Assembly: GCF_000007005.1 (NCBI RefSeq)
Contig: NC_002754.1
DNA from: Saccharolobus solfataricus P2
Lineage (GTDB): Archaea > Thermoproteota > Thermoprotei_A > Sulfolobales > Sulfolobaceae
Length of the DNA: 64,000 bases
Direction: 5' to 3' (one strand)
Positions 56,375 through 64,000 of the stretch are shown here, one piece after another (the first letter of the stretch is position 1; each line of letters begins with the position of its first letter). The notes beneath the pieces are model-generated. The model searched no databases. It was not told where the DNA came from and saw only the letters and a program-made list of their open reading frames with translations. Position numbers and translations under genes: made by a program.

Positions 56375-59300
56375 ATGGGTGCGGCTTCCCTAGCCATCAT
56401 CTCGGTGCTCACGCACATGGCATTCAAGAAGGAGGAGGAGAACTACCTCAAGGAGATCATTGAGTTGAGGGAGAGCCTTGAGAGGTTGAGGAGACGGGAT
56501 GGCGAGTTTAATGAGTTGGGTAGGTTGTTGGTCTATAGGGTTGCCTACGCAATGGGGATGAGTTATGATGAGGCAAAGAAGGCACTAATGGACATAACAG
56601 GCTTGAGCATAGATGAGCTGGAGAGGAGGGTTAACGAGATTGAGAAGAAGATTAAGAAGCTTGAGAAGAAGATTAAGTTGTTCAGGCAGGAGGTGCCTGC
56701 GGGCATAGTCACGGCTGATGTTGGTGAGTTCGCGAAAGGTAGGATTTACCCAAACATCAAGGTTGAGAACGGCGAGTTGAGGGTTAGGGTTGAGGATGGG
56801 TACCACAGCATTGTTAGGGCAGGTAAATTCAACGAATTGGTTAACGAGGTTAGGGATAGGCTTTTGAAGCAGGGCTTCGTTGTAATCGTTGGACCCAAGG
56901 GTATTGGCAAGTCCACGCTAGCCGCAGCCGTGATTTGGAAGTTGTTCATGAACGGCGATATTGGGCTAGTTGCACGTGTTGAGGTGCTTGATTCGAAGAA
57001 TTACCCGAAGTTTGTCACATTCGTTGAGAACTTCGGTAAGGAATTCGGCAAGTACTTCGGTAGGTTGCTCATACTCTACGACCCAGTGTCAACCGAAGCC
57101 TATGAGAGAGTGGACATTGATGTGAAGGCATTCATACAAACAAACATCAAGAGGACAATAAAGGACTTGATGAATGCCATAAAATCGATAAGCTCCGAAG
57201 CTTCGAAACCGCTCACACTCATCGTGATACCGAGCGATGTCTACAACGCATTGAGTGGGGAAATGAGGAATGCGTTAGAGGTATATAGGCTTGACGTTTC
57301 GCAGGGACTCATCAACACCGAATTCCTGGCTGAGTTGATTAGGGAGTACACGAGGACCAAGAGCAACCCCAACGGGTGTGCATTAAGTGATAGGGAACTT
57401 AGTGAATTAACCGGCGAATTAGCAAAGTTCGACTCCGGCCACGCACTAATAGCTAGGCTCATCGGCGAGGAACTGGCGAGGAACAATTGTAGTGCCCGTG
57501 AGATCAAGGAGTTAATCAGCAAAGCCAAGGGTAAAGCCGAGAAGTTCATAATACTACACATAAACGGATTATTTAAGGTCCATAAAAACACTAACACGGC
57601 CAATGCCTTGGTCGAAATCTTCGCATTGAGGAGGCCATTCGTTGATTCAGTAAGGCCAGGCGTCCCAATACTGACGCCAGGCATTATTGAGCTAATTGGC
57701 GAGAAAAAGGGATCGAGTTTGCTCCAGAGTGCTGAGGGTGGGGAGTTGAGGGGTTGGTTAGTTATTAGGCAGCACGACCTAATTGAGGAGGCAATAAAGA
57801 AGCTGCTTATATGCATCGTGAATAGGAGTAAGGAGTGCGAGGAACTTGGTGATGAGTTGGAGCCCTGGCGCCTAGGAACTGTTAGGAGGTCGTTAAGGGA
57901 GGTCTCGGAGAAGGTAAGGGATGTAAGCACTGCCGTTGAGTATTTCGTAGGCAACTACGGCAAGGATTTCACAGACGCACTAAGGGATTTCAGCAATGAG
58001 TGCTGGAAGAGGGCCGCGTTAATCATTGGGTATGCCTCGGCTGGGCGTGTTTCAGTGCCTAGGCACGAGGACTTACCTTAGAGCTTGAGGAGAGATGTTG
58101 ATGAGTCCCTTGGTGATGCTTTAAGGGAATGCGATGTTGATTATTACCTACTCGTTGGTAACGAAATACCGCCATTAATAATAGGTCTAGTAATAATGGG
58201 TCTAGCTTATACACTTGCCTTGACCTTAGCATTCATCGATAGGTACAATGAGGCCGTTGCCGAGGTGAATAGGATCCTTAACATCGCCAGGGGTAGGGGC
58301 AGTATTTATGACGCTGAGAGTTTTTATGGTCTTGGGCTAGCCTCAATAATCGCCAACGCCGCCAGGTTAGGCAGGGATGTCAAGCCCGGCGATGCCGATA
58401 TAGCATTGCGCATAGCGTCATTCACTATACAACGTGTTGCATCACCAGACCTCATTAAGTCAGTGCTAGGTGCCTTAGAACCGTTGCATGGTAAGGCACC
58501 ACATAGGTACCTCGAACTACTAGCCGCCGCATTGAATATGGAGAACCTCGACCTTATCACAGTTAGGTACATATTTGATAAGCTGAATGAGATTTTAGAC
58601 AATTACTGTGATGTGGTTAGGGGGTATGCCTGGTCCCTCGTACATGCAATAATTGCCTACGCCAACCTGCTTAGTAGATACTTTGGTCATTTCAATAGTG
58701 AGGAAGTTGGGGATATGGTTGGTAGGGTTGTTGATTTGCTCAATGAGTTGGGTAGGTTCAAGTCCAGCCTGGGCGTCATTGCTCGGGCGGATGCTTTAGC
58801 CCCAGCGTTAGATAGTGAGTATGTGAGGGGGCTTATGAAGGAGAAACTAGGCATTGATGTGGTTGGTAAGGCTAGTGAGATCCTTGAGGAACTAAACGAT
58901 ATGAGAGAGAGGGTTCAGGAGTTAATGGGCGATAAGGAATTCATGAGCTACATCGAATCCAGGTCCGTAAAGGCTGATGAGGAGGCAGTTAGGAGATCAA
59001 TCCTTGAGGCAGCATCGCATCTCAAGCACGCATTGGTGTTTTATAGGCTTGATAATAATGAGCTTGATGAGGCGAGGGACCTATTTAACGAGGCAGCTGA
59101 GGAGCGTAGGGAGATCGGTGATTACGAAGACTACCTAGTTGCACGTAGTTTGGCATTGCGTGTTGAGGCGATTAAGGGCTCGTTGGTTGGCGAAAAGTTG
59201 GTTGATGGGTTTAGGCAATTGTATGAGGAAGCTTTTAATAAGAAGCGTTTCTCCATGCCCACGGCTAGGTATCTCAGTTTTGCATCGGGTATACTTGGTG

Positions 59301-60007
59301 AGTACCTCGTGTCCCTGGCCCTAACGGGTGATCACGAAACGATAAACAAGTTGCTTGAGGGGCATTTGTGGGTGCTGAACGCCGTTAGGAGCGTCTCGGT
59401 CCTGACTAGGCTTATGCTCAACGCCCTACTCAGTCCAAGGGGTAGGTTAAGCAGCGAGCTTAAGGGTAAGCTTAGCGTCAACCCTGAGGAGTTGATTTAT
59501 GCCTTTGGATATGATAAGCTTCGTAAGTACCTGCCTGCGTTAAGGGTTGCCCTTGGTATTGCGAAGCCTGAGGTTGGAATTAAGTTGTGTGAAGAGTTTA
59601 ACGATGAAGTTTGCATAGATTTCGTCTTGGCAGTTAAGGGAAACAGTGCTGTTGTTAAACAGTTAAGAGAAGGAGTAATTAATGCTTTTAACAATTCGCT
59701 TAAGGGATTTGGTTTTGACGTTGAGTCGTTGATTAATGAGTTTAGGGGGTTGGTGAGCGGGCTTGATGGCAGGTCCCTAGTCCAACTAATCGCCCCCTCA
59801 AACTCAATGGCTCAGTTAGCCCTAATGCTCCGCGCATTGATTAATGGTAATAAGGAACTAGCCAAGGCACACGCACTCTATGGAGCTATTTATTATTCCA
59901 GGAAGTTGCTCAGGAGGTTGTACCTTGAGGTCTATAAGGAGTGTTGCGACTTGGAGAGTGAGTCGTTTAGGCTTGCCTTAGCCAGGCTCTTCTTCTTCCA
60001 CGTTTAG
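56375..60007 (+). pseudogene. Large P-loop NTPase with coiled coil, STAND-like core and TPR-like helical C-terminus; split by in-frame TAG at 58079-81
   Basis: GPKGIGKST Walker A, LILYDP Walker B, GHALIARL; second ORF starts in frame at 58085; GC about 47% in a sampled line versus AT-rich flanks. Confidence 0.7.
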
Positions 60008-60329
60008 CCCTGGGGAGTCAGTCTCGGAGTTCTGGTCTGTTCTCATTGTCTAGTTGGCACGGCTTGTGTAATCGAGGTTGTAGTCAGGGTGGTGAATTGA
60101 TGCTTAGATGATGAGCGTTAATGCATAAATCCTAGTGCTCGTTATTGCCTTACCAGCGCGGTTGTGGTTAGGGCTGGGTCTTGGTTGTATTGTGAGGTTG
60201 AGCATCTACCAGTGACCATGATTAGGGTGCCGAGAGACGCTTGGCGTGGTCAAACCCTGCATCCATCTCAGCAGTTGCTTGGTTTGTTTGGGCCGTAATG
60301 CTTAAAGGGTTTGTTTGTTTTGGTGGTGT

Positions 60330-61045
60330 TATGGGTGCGTTGAAGTACGTGGCCATTGGCGTTGTGGTTTTCGCCACCACTGTGTTTTACTACTACCGAC
60401 ACCGGGTGCCTGTGCAGTACGTGGGTTCACCCAGCGGTTATGAGGCATTTGTACCAAATGGTCAAGCAATAAATTATAATGGACATACAGATCCTGTGGT
60501 GATTTAATACTAAGTAATGGAACTATGATACAAAATGTGGTATGGGATGGACAATATGCAGGTACAATAATTCAAAATCATTACCAAATAGTTCAATTGA
60601 ATGATGAATGGGTAGGAAGAACCGACCCAGTGAATAATCAACAATATGTAACTTTTCAAGATTTCTACGTGATCAAGGGTCAAGTACCAATTGAGAATGT
60701 AACAATAAATGGACAGACGTATTACGTGATAGATGCGGATAAAATAAACCCAGCGGACATCGCGGGATTTTTCACATACTGGAGATGGGTAAACAACTTC
60801 GTAACAGCAATAAACACACCAGGAACATATGCAGCAGTACTACCAGGGAACTCACCAGTATTCACCTGGGAAAACCTAACAGGAGCAGTAGCATATGAAA
60901 CGCGCAGGAACGGAATTATGGGTCTCGATTGGGGAATTGTATTAACCCAATGGAACTATAATTCCATACGGTAGTGGTGGTATTGCTGGTTTAGCTCTCT
61001 TTAACTTTTCCGCTCCACAGCAATCATATAACCTTTCCAGCTAAT
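60330..61045 (+). pseudogene. Secreted or membrane-anchored protein with two single-base frameshifts
   Basis: Frames join as DPV-GDLILSNGTMIQN (~60500) and IVL-PNGTIIPYGSGG...NLSS* (~60945); N-terminal TM segment. Confidence 0.65.
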
Positions 61046-61061
61046 TTTTTAGCAATATTTT

Positions 61062-61643
61062 TTAAGATACATTCACAACATAAGGCACGCCATATGTTAC
61101 AATAATCCAAATTAAGTACATAAACCCTGACCCTCCGCCAGAACCTGCTGAAACAAACAAATAAGGTGTTCCTACATATACACCTGCATCATCTTGCAAG
61201 TAATTTATATAAAAACGTTGTGAAGGAGTATTATATTCTTCCTTATATCCAAAAGTTCCAGGTACGAAGTTACTATTTACATCACTATAAGTAAATTTAT
61301 TATAATTATTCAAAGCTTTTTGATAATTTAGATTATAGCCCGAGGTTTCTTGATTAAACGCCGTATTATATGCGTTTATGTATGATTGTGCGAATATTGG
61401 TTCTCCAGTATTTGTAGATGCTGGTGGGCTTGGTGGTATTGCATATGCACTAAACGGAGAACATTCCAATAACCAACAATTAGAGTCCCAAATATATTGT
61501 TCTAAAGCGAGTGAATAATTGTATATGTTTCCATTTATTAAGAAGAATATATTCATATTATTATTTTCTGCCTGGAACCAATTATACAACCAAAACACTC
61601 CATATTGATAATAATTTTTATTCTTTTGTTGATCTGGTGGCAT
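61062..61643 (-). CDS. Asn/Tyr-rich hypothetical protein, possibly the C-terminal remnant of a surface protein
   Basis: 193 aa ORF; no clear signal peptide; GSGGGSG near the end. Confidence 0.5.
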   Translation of the reverse strand: MPPDQQKNKNYYQYGVFWLYNWFQAENNNMNIFFLINGNIYNYSLALEQYIWDSNCWLLECSPFSAYAIPPSPPASTNTGEPIFAQSYINAYNTAFNQETSGYNLNYQKALNNYNKFTYSDVNSNFVPGTFGYKEEYNTPSQRFYINYLQDDAGVYVGTPYLFVSAGSGGGSGFMYLIWIIVTYGVPYVVNVS

Positions 61644-62336
61644 AAAAGCAAAATAATTTAATCCTTCATGTGGTGCTTAAAACCGCAAAAATTCAACAAC
61701 AAATCCTCGGTGCAAATCTCAAGTACCATTTTCTAAGCTTCTCGTGCCTAGGGCTCCAGTAGCGAGCAATTAATATGCAGAACTCGCTGCTTTGCTGTGT
61801 AGTGTGTTCGCAACGCTCTCCGGCATGCTCATCCGCGTGTGAATGGCTCGTGGAGCTCGAGATCTGTGGGGTTAATACTGCCTTCGGAGTTTTCGATGAG
61901 AACGTTGATCAAGATAAAAGGAATCAAGTGTTTCTTAAGGGGCAGGATAATGATGATGATGAATGAATAAGTAATGAATAAAATTCTCAGCTCATGTTTT
62001 TGCTTTTATCTACTTGCTGGATGCGTAGAAAGAGATTTTTTCCTCCTCTTGAGCTTCTTACAAGTTCTAAATAAATAGGCCTCAAGACGTTTGCTGTCGA
62101 AAAGACCTTTCATGATTATTAAATTTCATTCATATATTGTAATATTAAGTTATTAATACTGAAGCTAAACTAACTTATTAATCTTTATCTTATATGGCAG
62201 TAATTGACCTCCTTTTTATCGTGATAAATTATATTTATAGAGATAATAACGAGAAAAATATCGTGGATAAAAGCGCGTAAGAACTTTTGTATTATGAATT
62301 ATACAATATAAATATCCGATTCAATCAACTATTATT

Positions 62337-62930
62337 ATGACTAGTGGAGCTGGATGGGAAGAGCAGGTATTTTTACCAATAACAAATTCTATTTCTTCTG
62401 AGGATAATAATCAAATAAAAATTGGAAGTAGTGTTTCAATAGAATATAATCAGAATGGACAACATGTCAGTCAAATCGATGATAAGGGGCTTCATAATAT
62501 CTTAGTACTTACAGGTTATGCAATAGATGAAAGTACCGGCGAACTAGTACCTACTTTTGATCCTTGTGATTACGTAAAAGGAATTTTGATAAGTGGTAAA
62601 ATTTTAAAAGGTAACCATTTTAAGATTATCGGCATTCCTTCAAACAAATTATATATAATTCGCAAGAAGGACGTGCATGGAAATATAACTTTTAGTCTTC
62701 CAATAAAAAACTTTAATACGGGAACCTATCAAGTAGATCTAAGAGATAAAGTCACATCGTTTGTAAGTTTAGACCGAGATGTCGCTAAGACAATTGTTGA
62801 CAATGTTTTAGCGAAAATCTATGCGAAAATCTATAATAGTTTAAATAAAGAGCAAAAGGATAAGCTTTATAGGGATGTAGAAGAAATATTCAACTACTAT
62901 TCAATAAAAAGTTTAAAATCGAATCCCTAA
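62337..62930 (+). CDS. cmr7: Type III-B CRISPR subunit Cmr7
   Basis: 197 aa, recognised as Sulfolobales Cmr7 (MTSGAGWEEQVFLPITNSIS...); directly upstream of cmr4. Confidence 0.8.
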   Translation: MTSGAGWEEQVFLPITNSISSEDNNQIKIGSSVSIEYNQNGQHVSQIDDKGLHNILVLTGYAIDESTGELVPTFDPCDYVKGILISGKILKGNHFKIIGIPSNKLYIIRKKDVHGNITFSLPIKNFNTGTYQVDLRDKVTSFVSLDRDVAKTIVDNVLAKIYAKIYNSLNKEQKDKLYRDVEEIFNYYSIKSLKSNP

Positions 62931-62943
62931 GATATATTGCTAA

Positions 62944-63870
62944 GTGATTATAATGACTTATTACACTTTTGTTAAACCTTTTTTTATTAAGGCAGTAACT
63001 CACTTGCATGTAAGTTCTGGAACATCTGTAGAAGAGGAAGTAGATTTACCTTTTCAAAGAGATGAGTTAAACTATCCCACAATATTTGCATCTAGTCTTA
63101 AGGGTGCAATAAAATCGTTCCTACTAAAGGAATATAGTAATGCAAGAGAAATAATTTATAAGGTTTTAGGTTCTGACGAAAATCCTGACGAAGCCTCTCT
63201 AGGATCTTTTTTGGATGCAGTTCTTTTTGCTATTCCTGCCAGAAGTATAGGCGTTAGCGGTCTCGATGAAGCATGGGTTTATGTTACCACGTATGAACTT
63301 CTCAGGAAGGTAAAATCACTTCTAGAATCGATGAACACTTTATCCGCTACACAATTTACCTCTCTTCTGGACGCTATTAATAACATTCTCCAAGAGAGTA
63401 AAAATTTGATAATTTCTGATAATGCGGCTAGTGTGATCTTAAACGAGGACTTTTACGTAGAATTGAGTAATATTCAAAACGAGTATATTCAGTCTCTTTT
63501 AGGAGACATGCTAATTGAGAATTCAACGTATAACCAGAGTAACCAAAATTCTCAGTCTCAAGGAAACCACTTAGTAAAGCCTTTAATAGTCCTTAAGGAT
63601 TCAATAGGTAGGGAAGTGATTAATAGGTCATTAATAAGAGTGAGAAGGATAAAAATTAAGAGAAGTAGTAAAACCGTGGAAGAAGGTGGTTTATGGTCTG
63701 AAGAATATGTTCCAGTGAACTCATTGTTCTTTTCCTCTTTTTTAGCTAGAGGAAGTAAGGATACCGCATATTTTGCTGACTGTATTTTAAGGAAAACAAG
63801 ATACTTAATTTTAGGAGGTAAGGAAACTATAGGTAAAGGAATTGTTGAATTGAGGTGGTTAAATGACTGA
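62944..63870 (+). CDS. cmr4: Type III-B RAMP Cmr4
   Basis: THLHVSSG, DLPFQRD..YP.IFASSLKG, LWSEEYVP, LGGKETIGKG. Confidence 0.93.
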   Translation: MIIMTYYTFVKPFFIKAVTHLHVSSGTSVEEEVDLPFQRDELNYPTIFASSLKGAIKSFLLKEYSNAREIIYKVLGSDENPDEASLGSFLDAVLFAIPARSIGVSGLDEAWVYVTTYELLRKVKSLLESMNTLSATQFTSLLDAINNILQESKNLIISDNAASVILNEDFYVELSNIQNEYIQSLLGDMLIENSTYNQSNQNSQSQGNHLVKPLIVLKDSIGREVINRSLIRVRRIKIKRSSKTVEEGGLWSEEYVPVNSLFFSSFLARGSKDTAYFADCILRKTRYLILGGKETIGKGIVELRWLND

Positions 63871-64000
63871 AGTACAAGAGGAGAAAGATTATAAACTAGC
63901 TATTGAGGCATTTAACCTAGTCTATAATGCTCTAGATAAGAAGGCTAGAGAAAAATTTAGGAGTAGGGCAAGGGATATGGTGGAGGAGATATATACTTCT
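63863..64000 (+). pseudogene. cmr5: Cmr5 start, apparently frameshifted (+1) near 63922
   Basis: ATG 63863 gives MTEVQEEKDYKLAIEAFNLVL* (TAA 63926-28); the +1 frame continues YNALDKKAREKFRSRARDMVEEIYTS, Cmr5-like. Confidence 0.7.

Noticed and set aside
57241-57954. 237-aa minus-strand ORF
   Set aside because: Ser/Leu-rich antisense shadow of the ATPase.
58079-58081. Pyrrolysine recoding of the TAG
   Set aside because: Pyl is not known in Sulfolobales and no pyl genes are in view; a nonsense mutation or read error is more likely.
61700-62100. GC-rich patch and 63-aa ORF upstream of cmr7
   Set aside because: Probably a transposase relic, but no family motif or ends could be supported.

Overview
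AT-rich Sulfolobales (Saccharolobus solfataricus-like) accessory and defence region saturated with mobile elements: IS110, IS607, IS200/IS605-tnpB, ISH3, IS5, IS256 and IS630. It also holds six intact vapBC pairs, a 7-repeat orphan CRISPR array, metabolic genes (gdhA, thiC, ilvC, rmlC, GH116, GH12, M20 carboxypeptidase), a GC-rich NLR/STAND-like ATPase gene split by one in-frame TAG, and the start of a type III-B Cmr operon (cmr7-cmr4-cmr5). The strongest signal is in the non-coding left ends of two IS110 families. Each has the bridge-RNA layout (5' hairpin, target-binding loop, donor-binding loop), and its four guide segments can be matched by eye to the element's own ends and insertion flanks. 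The cores are CT for the ~1185 bp family and CC for the ~1230 bp family. All copies of the ~1185 bp family sit inside other transposons (IS607 tnpA, IS605 right end, a tnpB-less MITE), suggesting an RNA-programmed, transposon-targeting archaeal recombinase. IS names are assigned tentatively from length and architecture; no database search was run.
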